Source: a virus (lineage: Duplodnaviria > Caudoviricetes). Taken from it: 64,000 nucleotides of DNA. The stretch spans positions 52,062 through 116,061 of the IMG/VR virus record IMGVR_UViG_3300028805_000078; one strand, written 5' to 3'. This document shows, in pieces, positions 1 to 11,120 of this stretch. Under the pieces are notes generated by a model, which did no database searches, was not told the DNA's origin, and saw only the letters and a list, made by a program, of their open reading frames with translations. A program made the position numbers and the translations under genes. Positions within the stretch are counted from its first letter, which is position 1, and each line of letters opens with the position of its first letter.

Positions 1-1
1 A

Positions 2-3000
2 GGACTTGTAGCTGGCAGAGGTTTAACATATGAAGAAATGTATTCTAGACGCTCCGATATTGCAAATTACATGAAGTATCTGAACAGTCTTGGATATTAT
101 ATGAATAACAAAACAGGCAGACTCGAACTCGACGAGACAGGAAGAAAGACGGCGTGGAGTATCTCCGATGCGCAAACGGCTCGTGATTATATGCAAGGCG
201 CTTACACGTATCAGCGGAATACTCTCTCCGCTGAAAACCTGAATACTGCGTATAGGACGTTGTACGAGAAAGCGCAGAGCAAAGGTTCGTATGATGATTT
301 TCTTAATTCGTTAAATGAAGAAGAAAGATATGCGCTTCAACAAATTATTGATACTTCTAAAGAAGCTGACTTTTTCGAAGATATTAATGGTAACCGGCTG
401 CTATCAAAAGATGTTATACGAAACAGAGCGTATAGTGCTGGATATGAAACAAATAACGAACGATTTGACATATCGAATGCTAAAGTTAGAGAATATATTG
501 GACAATTGATGCGTGGCGATAAAACATGGATCGATGAAGCAGAAGCATCTGGTTATGGTGATCAATATAAGTCAGCCATGCAGAACATTCTTGGTGACAC
601 GTATGATGAACTGTATCTCGCAGCAACAACCGACAACGAGGTAAGTAAAGGTCTTCGCGATGCCGCACAAAAAGCTTACGAAGAGAACAGAATTAATTAT
701 GCGACAAGATTCGATGAATACGCGAACGAAGGCCGTGAGTTGTATTCGAATTTGACGAGTGATAGAGCTTCTGTCAGAAGAAGCGCGAGACAAGAAATGA
801 TTGGTCGCGCACAAAATATCGCGGATGCAAGATGGGCTTTTGGACAGTATGAAAGCGGAGCAATTTATGACGATACAGTTATGTCGCTTCTCAGCAATGC
901 TACCGGATATACTGTAAAGCAGCTACGTGAAAAGTACGCAAGCGGTCAAACGAATGACATATCTGTAGCAATTGATGAAAGCTGGAACGACCTTACGGAG
1001 ACACTTAAACAAGGCGTTAAGAGCATGCTCAGCACCAAAGGCATTGAACTTGGAGACGGATTTGAAAACTGGTTAGATGTTGGCGCTATAGAAGAAGTTG
1101 TCGGTCAGCTTCCTGACGAAATAAGAGATTATATTGAGAGTGTTGTCAGCCTTATCGCCGATGTGCGCGAAAGTCAGACTGGTACACTTGAAGAATCGTT
1201 TACACAAGCTACAGAGCAAAAGAATAAAGACAGACAATTTCTTTTAAATCTACGCAGTGCTGAAAATGTAAGAGATTTTGTTAATGCAAGCTCGAGATCT
1301 GAAGAAGATTGGAACCGTTTCGTGTCACAGAATCCGGAAATTGCAGGCGCTATTCTTGGTGGAATGGATAATGAATCAATTGTAAGTTTGATTAACTCTT
1401 CTCTTTACGGCGGTTCCAATTATCAGACTGCAATGAGCCTTCTTAATACAATGATGCCTGGTATGTTCAGCGGAGAGCTTACCGCGGATAAGATGCAAGA
1501 AACTTATGACGTCATGGCTCCAGAACAAAGAGAAGTATTTGATTCGTTCATGAACAAATACTCTTCGGTAGGCACGCTGATGCAAGCTATTAAAGATCCG
1601 ACAATAAGTTTCGAAGAAGCTTTAAAAGGTGTAAACGAAGAATTTAGAAACTATGAATATGTTGAGAAGTACGGAGAAGAAAGTGAAACTGTCAATAAAA
1701 CTGTAAAAGACTTCACAAAAAATGCGCGCACTGCTGTACAAGCGATTGGTTCGATGACTACGAAAATTCATTCGTTGTCTTATCAAAATAAGCAATTGAA
1801 CGATTCGATGGGTAAAGCCGGCAATCAATTAACGGATGATCAGCTTAATGTTTTGTCAGGCATATACGGTATAGATCAAAGTGTTATAAAGGGTTATGGC
1901 GCTGACATGATTGACAACCTTGTGCAAGGTGCAAAAGAAAGTCTCAATGAACAGTATGCTCACGAAATTGTTGATCCGCTTATGGAATCCGTGAAGGCAG
2001 AAGTAGAAGGACTAAGTGACAGCCAGAAAATAGAGTTCGATCAAATGGTGCATGTCGCAATGAAAGGCGACGGCGCTGTGGATGTATCCGAATTAGCGAA
2101 CATTGCACATCAACTCGGACTTGATTGTGAAGCCGCTCTTAATGCGCTCGTAGGAACTGGTAGTGCAATCGAAGCTCAATGGGGATCTGATGGCAACAAG
2201 GTATGGTATAATATTATAAAAAGCGCGCTCGGTACAGGTGGAACCAAATCCGGTGGTGGTGGAGGCGGTGGAAAATCGAAGTTCCAGAAGTTCCTCACGG
2301 AACTTAAGAACAAGATAGCTGTCAGCGACCACGAGATCAAGATGATCCAGGCGCAGGAGACGAAGTATGAGAACCGCGGAGAATACGGAAATCTGAATGC
2401 AATGATCGAGCTCGAGAACGAGGCGCAGGGGCGTTACATCGATAGGATGAAAGACGCAATCGAGCAGATCAAAGAACAGATGAAGACATTGAAGCAAGGA
2501 TCTGACGATTGGTACACGGCGCGTGACGCGATATTCAGTTACGAGGAAGCGATCGAACAGGCTACACAGGCTATTGAAGACAATGAAAAGAAGATGAAAG
2601 AGAATCAGCAAGCGATATATAAAGCGCACACTGACGTTGAAGATACTGTAAGAGAAGAAGCGAGAAGGCGTGAAGAAATTCGGAGAAGTATGTTGTCTGC
2701 CACGGTAAATATGGAAGATACTATACTCGACGCGATTCGTAAACGCTATACTGACGAGTGGGATCTCATTCAGCGTGATATTGACAGGAAACGTCAGGCT
2801 CTCGAAGATGAAAAGAATCTTATTTCAGAACGTCTGCAGGCGCGCAAAGACGCGGAGCAGGAAGCTGAAAAGTATGAACAGCTCGCTGAGTATCAGCGTC
2901 AGCTTGCATACATCAGTATGGATCCTACAAGAACAAAAGATGCTGCTGAACTTCGTCAAAAGATTACAGATCTTCAGAAAGAAATTGCTTGGGATACCGC

Positions 3001-3988
3001 AGAGAAGGAAGCACAGGCAGCTCAGGAAGTTATAGATGATCAGCTTGAAACATATGAACAATATTCTGCGACCGGGGAGGAACAACTTAATGCATATCTT
3101 GAGGATGCTAATAATTTTGCAGACGAAGTAGAGGAGATACTTAAAGGTTCTTCGAAGGACATTTCTGATTGGCTTTCTGCAAACATTGAAGAATTTAAAC
3201 TTAGTCTTAAAGAACAGCGTGAAAATATGATTGAAGGCTGGAAAGACATGTATAAAGAAATGTATAATATAACGGATATGTATCATGATCTTGTTGCAGA
3301 AAAACTTATTGACAAAGAAACGTTTATGAAATATATGAAACTCAGTGATGACTATATAAATGCTACAGAAGACATGCGTAAACAAATGGAATACGAATGG
3401 GAAACGATGTATGACGATTATATCGCTGCTTTAAAGACTGGTGCAACATATTTACATCTCGATGATTGGCTTACTTTAGGCGGAGATGGAAAGAAATCAG
3501 GCGGTGGCGGAGGAAGTGACGGAAGTGGAGGAGACACTGTAACAAGCGATGTTCTCAAAACAATAATGGAAAAAGTCAAAGAATCCTTGTTTGGAGGAGG
3601 TAAGGCTAATTCGTATATTGGTGGCGGAACTAATGAGGATAGAGCTTTTGCTAAATATGCAAGTGGTGGCCTCGTAGACTATACAGGTCCTGCATGGGTA
3701 GACGGGTCTCCCCTACGTCCTGAAGCCTTCTTAGACGCGGAAGATACTGCGTTGATGCGCGGTTTCCTCAATGCTGCAAAGTATGTGTCAGTTCGCATGA
3801 ACATGCCTTCTATTGATGACAGACTGTTTGGCGGCGCATCTAATTCGGTTGGCGATGTTTACATTACAATCAACGAAGCAGAGATTAACAGTGACCAGGA
3901 TATTGACAAGCTTGCTGAACGTGTTGGTGACAGTTTTGTGAAACAACTTTCAATGCAAGGATTCCATACGAGTAATTTTAGTTTTTAA
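2..3988 (+). CDS. Tail tape measure protein (5' end outside the window)
   Basis: The frame is open from base 2 into the 38..3988 ORF. Long helical/coiled-coil protein with Gly-rich linkers and a C-terminal YASGGLVDYTGPAWVDG...PEAFL motif typical of siphophage TMP C-termini. Lies directly upstream of Dit/Tal. Confidence 0.9.
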   Translation, partial: GLVAGRGLTYEEMYSRRSDIANYMKYLNSLGYYMNNKTGRLELDETGRKTAWSISDAQTARDYMQGAYTYQRNTLSAENLNTAYRTLYEKAQSKGSYDDFLNSLNEEERYALQQIIDTSKEADFFEDINGNRLLSKDVIRNRAYSAGYETNNERFDISNAKVREYIGQLMRGDKTWIDEAEASGYGDQYKSAMQNILGDTYDELYLAATTDNEVSKGLRDAAQKAYEENRINYATRFDEYANEGRELYSNLTSDRASVRRSARQEMIGRAQNIADARWAFGQYESGAIYDDTVMSLLSNATGYTVKQLREKYASGQTNDISVAIDESWNDLTETLKQGVKSMLSTKGIELGDGFENWLDVGAIEEVVGQLPDEIRDYIESVVSLIADVRESQTGTLEESFTQATEQKNKDRQFLLNLRSAENVRDFVNASSRSEEDWNRFVSQNPEIAGAILGGMDNESIVSLINSSLYGGSNYQTAMSLLNTMMPGMFSGELTADKMQETYDVMAPEQREVFDSFMNKYSSVGTLMQAIKDPTISFEEALKGVNEEFRNYEYVEKYGEESETVNKTVKDFTKNARTAVQAIGSMTTKIHSLSYQNKQLNDSMGKAGNQLTDDQLNVLSGIYGIDQSVIKGYGADMIDNLVQGAKESLNEQYAHEIVDPLMESVKAEVEGLSDSQKIEFDQMVHVAMKGDGAVDVSELANIAHQLGLDCEAALNALVGTGSAIEAQWGSDGNKVWYNIIKSALGTGGTKSGGGGGGGKSKFQKFLTELKNKIAVSDHEIKMIQAQETKYENRGEYGNLNAMIELENEAQGRYIDRMKDAIEQIKEQMKTLKQGSDDWYTARDAIFSYEEAIEQATQAIEDNEKKMKENQQAIYKAHTDVEDTVREEARRREEIRRSMLSATVNMEDTILDAIRKRYTDEWDLIQRDIDRKRQALEDEKNLISERLQARKDAEQEAEKYEQLAEYQRQLAYISMDPTRTKDAAELRQKITDLQKEIAWDTAEKEAQAAQEVIDDQLETYEQYSATGEEQLNAYLEDANNFADEVEEILKGSSKDISDWLSANIEEFKLSLKEQRENMIEGWKDMYKEMYNITDMYHDLVAEKLIDKETFMKYMKLSDDYINATEDMRKQMEYEWETMYDDYIAALKTGATYLHLDDWLTLGGDGKKSGGGGGSDGSGGDTVTSDVLKTIMEKVKESLFGGGKANSYIGGGTNEDRAFAKYASGGLVDYTGPAWVDGSPLRPEAFLDAEDTALMRGFLNAAKYVSVRMNMPSIDDRLFGGASNSVGDVYITINEAEINSDQDIDKLAERVGDSFVKQLSMQGFHTSNFSF

Positions 3989-4026
3989 TTAATGGGCGTT
4001 AGTGGGTGATTTATTGTCACTTTGAC

Positions 4027-4068
4027 ATGTAATCATTCACTAACGCACTATAAGGGAAAGAAAAGAAA
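4027..4068 (+). promoter_or_regulatory. Conserved phage motif, copy 1 (putative phage-specific promoter)
   Basis: ATGTAATCATTCACTAA-cgca-CTATAAGGGAAAGAAAAGAA; four further intergenic copies in the window. Confidence 0.75.
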
Positions 4069-4133
4069 AATAATCCTCTTAAATCAGGTAGATTTTAAGA
4101 AGATTATTAAAAAGATTTAAGAGAATAAATCAT

Positions 4134-4161
4134 AAGCCGCGTCATTAAAAGGCGCGGCTTT
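4134..4161 (+). terminator. Terminator-like hairpin
   Basis: AAGCCGCGTC-attaaaa-GGCGCGGCTT followed by only a short T run. Confidence 0.45.
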
Positions 4162-4188
4162 ATCTATAACAAAAGGAGGTGAAGTGAT

Positions 4189-5268
4189 ATGCAATGCAGT
4201 TTCTCATTCTGCGGAAAAGATGTAACAGATATCGGACTGAAATACGCTCCCGATAACTCGAATACATACATTTATAATTCTGCAGAAACAAACATACAGG
4301 AACAAACATTTGAAGGGCACGACGGAGGATACTTTTATGGTGTAACAAAGCAACCGAAGGTATTCCAGCTTCGTTGTTACTATGAAGACGAAAGTGTTCT
4401 AAATGGTTTGATGACAAGGATATCTCATATGTTTAAAATTGGGCGAAGCGGAAAGCTCGTGTTCACAGTGCGTCCTTGGTTATACTATGTGGCAACGGTT
4501 GTAGATGTTGATACCTCAAAACTTATCAATGCTAAAAACGGACTGGTACTAATTACAATGAAAGCGTATTATCCTTTCGGAAGAACTGACGTTAAATATA
4601 TCGATAAAGATGATCCGTATTCTGATGATATGTTAATGAACAGTGCAATGTTCGAAGAGGATATTAATCCTGTTTGTTCGATAGGAACATCAACCTCTTC
4701 CCTATCGCATCCGTTGCTTATATATAATGGCGGAACAGAAAGAGCTGCCGTTAAGGTGGATATAGCCGGAGATGTTGGAAGCGGTGTAACAATCTATAAC
4801 GAGACAACCGGACAGGAAATGGAATTCATGGGGCTTCATGAAGGCAGTACTTCTGAATACGTTGAGTGTGATGGATTAACAGGTAATTGCTATTGGGTAT
4901 CAAACAACCAAGCAAAGAACGGAAAGAATGCATTCATATATCACTCACAAGGATTTATAGAACTCGAACCCGGTTACCCGCTCGTAAGAGATATAGATAT
5001 TAAAACAACTGCTTCGAGTAATATTATAGAAACGGAGCTCAACGATTTTACTGAAGATATGATAGATCACTACATTTATGCAGACGGAGAGTTTAGAAGG
5101 ATTACTTCAATTTCTGAAGATGGTAAAAGTATAAATGTAGATTCGAATTGTACGAATACAGCTGAAGAGCAAACCGTTGTAGCGAAAATGAATAGAATAT
5201 TTGTGACGCCTGATACAACAATGAACCTGAGTTATCTTGCGTTCAAGTATGCGCATACGTTCAGTTAA
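4189..5268 (+). CDS. Distal tail protein (Dit)
   Basis: Follows the TMP; N-terminal FSFCG...GHDGGYFYG and KAYYPF motifs typical of Dit; strong SD AAAGGAGGTG. Confidence 0.8.
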   Translation: MQCSFSFCGKDVTDIGLKYAPDNSNTYIYNSAETNIQEQTFEGHDGGYFYGVTKQPKVFQLRCYYEDESVLNGLMTRISHMFKIGRSGKLVFTVRPWLYYVATVVDVDTSKLINAKNGLVLITMKAYYPFGRTDVKYIDKDDPYSDDMLMNSAMFEEDINPVCSIGTSTSSLSHPLLIYNGGTERAAVKVDIAGDVGSGVTIYNETTGQEMEFMGLHEGSTSEYVECDGLTGNCYWVSNNQAKNGKNAFIYHSQGFIELEPGYPLVRDIDIKTTASSNIIETELNDFTEDMIDHYIYADGEFRRITSISEDGKSINVDSNCTNTAEEQTVVAKMNRIFVTPDTTMNLSYLAFKYAHTFS

Positions 5269-5271
5269 GGA

Positions 5272-8200
5272 GTGTATGCTATGAAAAACAACAGAAAACT
5301 GAAACTTAGTATTTACGATTACTCAGGCAATGAGGTTTGTCCTATATATGATAGTGAAGTACAAGTTCGAGGTCAGGCAACCGATGTCATTTGCAAAGCG
5401 GAGCGAAACGGCTGGCGTGAGTTTAGCTTCAATCTTCCCGGCGATGATTATCGTGCAGAATATGTGCGAGCCGATTATAAATTAAAGGCTATAGATGATT
5501 ACGGAATTGAATGGTATATTATTACTCAACCGAGAGTTACACATAGCGGCAAAAGTAAAAACATATCCGTAACTGCAGGACACGTATGCCAGCTTTTAAA
5601 GACAAAAAACATGGCCCTCGAATTCAGTGATGATGAAGGAAATAACGTAGGTACTTGTGCGCAGTTATTAGCTACTGCTCTTGATGGAACGGGATGGGAA
5701 GTAGGAAGTGTAGCTGAGTTTAAGGAGAAAGACGGAAACACAATTAAAGTTCGCTCATTAAATGCTTCTTCAAAGACGGGAGCATTTAAGCTCGTCAGTA
5801 TGATTTGCGAACTCTTCGAAGCGAAACCTATTTACAGAAGCAACGTTGAAGTTGTTGAAAACGGCATTAAAACAATTCACAAAGTTGTAGACGTAAAACC
5901 TATGAATCCGTTCAGCGAAGCAAAAGAAGCAATATATGATAAAGTTGCTACATATGCTGACGGGGAAGTACTCGAACTTCATTACGGCAAAAATGTATCA
6001 AACGTTTCGCGCACATTAAAGACAGACAACCTTGTAACTTGTTTATATGCATATGGTGCATACGGAGATACCGTAAGTAAGTATTGCAGCATTCAGGAAT
6101 GTAAGCATACAGAATTTGAATTTACATTAACAGCGCCATTGACAAGCGGAACGCAGTATTACTTCACTGTAACAGACGATGCGAATGTTTCAATCAGCAG
6201 AAGTTTTACACCTTCGCAAAGTGTTGCAAGCGGAACGAAATTGATATGGTCCCTAATGGATCGCGCTTCAATGAGTTATATCTGGGACGAATCAAAGGCG
6301 AACGATGAAGCCGCAACGCATGCTTATCGTGTTTATGAAGGCGCTCATGGCACAGAACTTCCTGCAACTATAACAACAAAGCGAAATGAGGTAACAAACG
6401 TATTTCCGTTTATAATGGATTACAGTTATTATCTTGATTGCGGATTGTTTGCTGATAGCATGCTCAATAAGCTTTCGTGGTTTCAAAGAAAGTCTCCTGA
6501 ATATCTTAGTACTGTTAATGAAAAAACTACTGATTATACGACGGACTGGCTGGCGTTGACAAATGCAATAGGTCAGATCAACTTCGCAAAGCTTAAGTAT
6601 ACATCCGTTCAAAACGATGATGGAAGTATAAGAATAAATCTTGATAATGACAAGATTTTTTATCGTACTGACTACGATGCAAAGCGACATTTTAAATGGC
6701 GCAATGCAAGAAGCCTCAAAGATAACGGCGATCCTATTAATAACGAAGCTGCTGTTGTTTATGCCGTGCATAATACAAACCCTTTAACATATGACAAGTT
6801 CTATTTAAAGAAAGTAAATGGTGAAACAGATCCGTTAGTTGTAGGAAGCATCGACGAAGAAGACATAACAAACATAACGCTTTGGGGCGATTACAGTAAG
6901 TTTAGCAATAATGACGAGTTTTATCTGTTTGAAACAAACGGCGTCAATGGTTTACTTGGCGCAAAAGAAAGCGCCTACGAAGCTCTTGTAATCAGTCTTG
7001 ATTCAGCGCTCAAAGAAGTTACTATGCAACATCCTGTATTCTTTTCTAAGAGTCAGCCTGTTATCGATGAATCTGTTACAGTTCCATCTACGAAGCTCGA
7101 TATTTACAAGCCTGAATGGGCTAACTTTAATCGTGAATATGCGTGGTGGTATGAATACAATGATACCTCTTCGCCTGGCACGCTTCATTTTTGTTATTGG
7201 GCCGATGGTGACAGGGATTGGCATGTTGTTTATGTTAGCAATAATGAACCGAATACTGCGTCCTCTGGATCGTATTTCTATAATTGGCGAACGGCAAAAC
7301 TATATCGCAGAACTAATGATAGATGGATACACCTCGATAGCGACGATGACGAAAAAGTAGCTTCTAAGTTTGGAGTTGTGTATGGCGGATGTCTTACCAG
7401 AGACAAGCTTTATATTGGAGAGTATCAGACATATACTTATGAACCAAATGAAACAATCGCTGCCGGTAATTGGTACATGCCTACAGATTATCTTGGATAT
7501 TGGTTATTTACGGCAGGATGTGAAAGTGATAAACTTGAATACGATACCACAACTGGATTTATGACTGTGTATCCTCACGATCCTAATCTCTCCGAAAACA
7601 CAGTAGAAGTTAAAAACGCTAGATTCGATAATGTTTTTTACCATAAAGAGAATATTCTCGATACGATGACTGTTGAAGAAGGTGCGATTAGTACAGCTAC
7701 AGGAGGAGACATAGAAGGAATTTGTTACAGATGTAATTTTATTCCTTTGTATTCGAATCTTACTTATGCTTTTTCGAATTATAGCGGCACGTATACAATC
7801 TATTACTATACGCTAAAGCATAATTATATAAAAAGCGAAGTGTTTCAATCATCGTCGAATATTGTAATTCCAAACAATGCGCGTTACATTCGTATTGCTT
7901 CTTCGAATAATTTTGAAGATATGACGGCGCAGTTTATTGCTTGGAATCGTTCGATTATATCAGGCGAAGAAACGTATTATCTGCTTGGCTCGCCTGTTGG
8001 AACCGGAGAGTTAAAAGGTATCAATGCTCAAATTGCAAATCTTAAAGAGTATGGAGATAAAACATATCTTGTAGATATACCCGCATTACAAACTGCCCAG
8101 GAAGAATATAAGCAGCAGGAATTGAATCTTAAAGATGCTCTCGGCGAATTATATCGCGAGAGTAAGTGGCAAGATTCTAAGTATGTAGACGGTGATGAAG

Positions 8201-9243
8201 ATAAGCTTTATTCAGATGCGCTTGACACACTGAAGGAAGTAGCAAAGCCAGAAGTAACTTACAATATTAATTTCGTTGATCAGTATTGTGTAGATCTTGA
8301 TGCATATGGTTCAGATCTTCTTCGCTGGCCGGACTTTGATACAAACAGTGCCGTGCATTTAATCGATCCGGATATTGGTGTTAATTGCTGGGCGTATGTT
8401 GATACTACAAGTAAGTGTTATGATGACTCGCGTAAGACAACGATAACGATTAATACGAATCTTAACACGGCAGCACAACATTCTTTTACTGATATTCTTA
8501 CTAATATTGCTAATGTATCAAGTCAGGTAAAAGCAAAGGACACGATTTATGACAGGGCCGCGAATATAACATCAACAGGTAAGTGGACGGCGGAGAAACT
8601 CGAAGGCACTATCGATGCAAACAGGTTGAAGATAACCGGTGGTTCTTCTACGTGGTATACTGACAAAAACGGCAACATGGTGTTTGAAGCAGCCGATGGC
8701 TCGGGTGCTATGATGCTCACTGGCAACGGAATGGCTCTTGCTAATGCGCGCAATAAATACGGAGAGTGGATATGGCGCAGCTTCATGAATGGAAACGGCG
8801 CTACTGCTGATGAGATAGTAACTGGCACGATGAGCGCTGAAAGATTGCAGGCTGGTTCTATCACAACTGATAAAATCAGTTCATCTTTTGGTGAAACACT
8901 TGATCTCTCGAGCAATAAAGGAATAAATCTTAAAGTTTCTTCGATAAAAAACGAAATAGAAAATAAGGTAGAAGATTTAGTCGGATATAGAATGGAAATT
9001 ATTTCTACGTCAGACATTCTTTCTTCCGATATACAAACAACTACTCTTTTTGCGCGTGTATGGCATGGCAGTGAAAACGTTACAGATTCAATTCCTGCAT
9101 CAAAGTTCGCGTGGAAACGTGTCAGCAGTGATTCAACGGCTGACAGAATATGGAACGAAAATCACGCAGGAATTAAAACATTCACTTTGACTACCATGGA
9201 CGTGTTGTACAGTGCGACGTACACATGTGAATTATCAAAATAA
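5272..9243 (+). CDS. Tail-associated hub/spike (Tal, prophage endopeptidase tail family)
   Basis: Follows Dit; LHYGKNVSNVSRT...LVTCLYAYG, KPEVTYNI and C-terminal ADEIVTGTMSAERL motifs typical of Firmicute Tal proteins. Confidence 0.8.
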   Translation: MYAMKNNRKLKLSIYDYSGNEVCPIYDSEVQVRGQATDVICKAERNGWREFSFNLPGDDYRAEYVRADYKLKAIDDYGIEWYIITQPRVTHSGKSKNISVTAGHVCQLLKTKNMALEFSDDEGNNVGTCAQLLATALDGTGWEVGSVAEFKEKDGNTIKVRSLNASSKTGAFKLVSMICELFEAKPIYRSNVEVVENGIKTIHKVVDVKPMNPFSEAKEAIYDKVATYADGEVLELHYGKNVSNVSRTLKTDNLVTCLYAYGAYGDTVSKYCSIQECKHTEFEFTLTAPLTSGTQYYFTVTDDANVSISRSFTPSQSVASGTKLIWSLMDRASMSYIWDESKANDEAATHAYRVYEGAHGTELPATITTKRNEVTNVFPFIMDYSYYLDCGLFADSMLNKLSWFQRKSPEYLSTVNEKTTDYTTDWLALTNAIGQINFAKLKYTSVQNDDGSIRINLDNDKIFYRTDYDAKRHFKWRNARSLKDNGDPINNEAAVVYAVHNTNPLTYDKFYLKKVNGETDPLVVGSIDEEDITNITLWGDYSKFSNNDEFYLFETNGVNGLLGAKESAYEALVISLDSALKEVTMQHPVFFSKSQPVIDESVTVPSTKLDIYKPEWANFNREYAWWYEYNDTSSPGTLHFCYWADGDRDWHVVYVSNNEPNTASSGSYFYNWRTAKLYRRTNDRWIHLDSDDDEKVASKFGVVYGGCLTRDKLYIGEYQTYTYEPNETIAAGNWYMPTDYLGYWLFTAGCESDKLEYDTTTGFMTVYPHDPNLSENTVEVKNARFDNVFYHKENILDTMTVEEGAISTATGGDIEGICYRCNFIPLYSNLTYAFSNYSGTYTIYYYTLKHNYIKSEVFQSSSNIVIPNNARYIRIASSNNFEDMTAQFIAWNRSIISGEETYYLLGSPVGTGELKGINAQIANLKEYGDKTYLVDIPALQTAQEEYKQQELNLKDALGELYRESKWQDSKYVDGDEDKLYSDALDTLKEVAKPEVTYNINFVDQYCVDLDAYGSDLLRWPDFDTNSAVHLIDPDIGVNCWAYVDTTSKCYDDSRKTTITINTNLNTAAQHSFTDILTNIANVSSQVKAKDTIYDRAANITSTGKWTAEKLEGTIDANRLKITGGSSTWYTDKNGNMVFEAADGSGAMMLTGNGMALANARNKYGEWIWRSFMNGNGATADEIVTGTMSAERLQAGSITTDKISSSFGETLDLSSNKGINLKVSSIKNEIENKVEDLVGYRMEIISTSDILSSDIQTTTLFARVWHGSENVTDSIPASKFAWKRVSSDSTADRIWNENHAGIKTFTLTTMDVLYSATYTCELSK

Positions 9244-9263
9244 AAATATAAAGAAGGGTAAAT

Positions 9264-11117
9264 ATGGCTAACGCAAATACGATTATAGCAACTGGTGCTA
9301 AAACAATTATTGACCTTTCAGACGGTAAAATGTTGTCTGTCCATCTTGGATCAAATCATCCGAGATTTCAAATTAAAGATTCAAATAGCGGTACAGATGT
9401 TTATACACCAGATTGGAGCGGTGTAAATACGCATCTATCTGTAACACCGGTTATATATGCAAACAACACGCCTGTTCAGTTAGACGACACGCATTTGTCT
9501 ACTGCATGGACAAGGAAAGAGGGTTCTGGAAGTGCATCAGCTCTGGTTACAGGAGAAACCGTTACTAATAACGTACTTACAGTATCTCAGAACAAACTTT
9601 CATCTATTTCTTCCGGGCTATTGACTTATCTAGTGACCGTAACATATGTTGACCCGGATACCAGTTTGCCGATTACTGCTACTGCAGAAATTTCGTTTGC
9701 GCTTGTTAAGACTGGCTCAAGCGCTAAAACATGTTGGATAAGCGGAGAACAGGTGTTTAAGTATGACCAGCAAGCGCAAGTAACGCCGTCGTCTATTACA
9801 CTTACTGCACATCTTCAGGGTGTTACAATGTCGAAATGGCGATATTTCAACGAAAACACATCTACATGGATGGATTATCCAACCACTCCGGATAACGGAA
9901 GCATATCCGGCGAAACTCTTGTTGTAAAACCAGGCGGAGATCACGCTGCAGTATGGTTCAACGATCGCGCTTCAATTAAAGCTGTTACGAGTGACGAAAA
10001 TGTATACGATGTTACAAGTCTGTATAAAATAACCGATGGTACACGAGGCGATCCTGCATCCATTGTGTTTCTTACAAATGAAAATATTGGATTCTCAGCT
10101 GACAAAGACGGTAAAATCGCAGCAACAACGGCTACATGCAACGTTGTTGCATATTCCGGTACAACCAAAGTTACTCCAACAGTTGGCACTATATCAGGAG
10201 ACATAACTGGCATGACGATTTCCAAAGGAAGCGCGTCGAATAACGAAATTCCGATTACGATTACGATTGCTGCGAATGCTACTCTTGGTGGTGAAGGCAA
10301 CCAGCATGGTACGCTTTCTGTTCCGATTACGTCTCCTGTCAGTACAATTTTGAAGATTAATTGGACCAAAGTAAATACAGGCGCAACCGGTGAAAACGGA
10401 CAAAACGCTATTGTGTTTTCTGTTTATGCCCCCAACGGCGAAGTGTTTCAGAATCAACAGGGAACACTTTTGCTCTCGACTCAGGCATACGATGGTTCGA
10501 CGCCAATTTCGAGCGGCGCAACTTATCAATGGTATCGGTATGAGTCAGGAACTTGGAATACTATAACAGGGGCTAACCTTTATACGTATACTGTTAATGG
10601 TTCCGATGTAAATGCTCTTGCATCTTTTAAATGTGCAATGACTTACAAGAATAAGACTTATTCTGATGTCATAACGCTTGAAGATAAAACTGATAATTAT
10701 CAGGCAACAATTGATTCCACTGCTGGAGATGTGTTTAAAAATACAGTAGGTAGTACATATTTGATTTGTCACTTATGGCAGAATGCGCAGCCTGTAGATG
10801 CTTTAAAGAGTACAACGTATTCCAATACTGCACCGACGTCTCCCGCAGAAGGCGATTATTACTATCAAAAGCAAACTCCAACCGCACAAGATAGAAAAGC
10901 TGGAACAAAATTAATGCGGTACAATGGATCTTCGTGGGTTGATGTAACAACTGACCAGACATATGGTCATACTAAAACTTACACGTGGTATAGGCGCGAT
11001 ATGAATGGCAACCCGTACTCTGAAGACAATGGCGGTTCATTTGCTACTGGTAAGGTTATTTATGTAGACGGAGATGACGTAACCAACAAAACTGTGTTTG
11101 TTTGTGAGGTGCAATAA
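9264..11117 (+). CDS. Minor tail protein with Ig-like repeats
   Basis: Beta-rich and Thr/Ser-rich; TYQWYR and TYTWYR Ig-like motifs; in the tail module. Confidence 0.65.
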   Translation: MANANTIIATGAKTIIDLSDGKMLSVHLGSNHPRFQIKDSNSGTDVYTPDWSGVNTHLSVTPVIYANNTPVQLDDTHLSTAWTRKEGSGSASALVTGETVTNNVLTVSQNKLSSISSGLLTYLVTVTYVDPDTSLPITATAEISFALVKTGSSAKTCWISGEQVFKYDQQAQVTPSSITLTAHLQGVTMSKWRYFNENTSTWMDYPTTPDNGSISGETLVVKPGGDHAAVWFNDRASIKAVTSDENVYDVTSLYKITDGTRGDPASIVFLTNENIGFSADKDGKIAATTATCNVVAYSGTTKVTPTVGTISGDITGMTISKGSASNNEIPITITIAANATLGGEGNQHGTLSVPITSPVSTILKINWTKVNTGATGENGQNAIVFSVYAPNGEVFQNQQGTLLLSTQAYDGSTPISSGATYQWYRYESGTWNTITGANLYTYTVNGSDVNALASFKCAMTYKNKTYSDVITLEDKTDNYQATIDSTAGDVFKNTVGSTYLICHLWQNAQPVDALKSTTYSNTAPTSPAEGDYYYQKQTPTAQDRKAGTKLMRYNGSSWVDVTTDQTYGHTKTYTWYRRDMNGNPYSEDNGGSFATGKVIYVDGDDVTNKTVFVCEVQ

Positions 11118-11120
11118 TGT

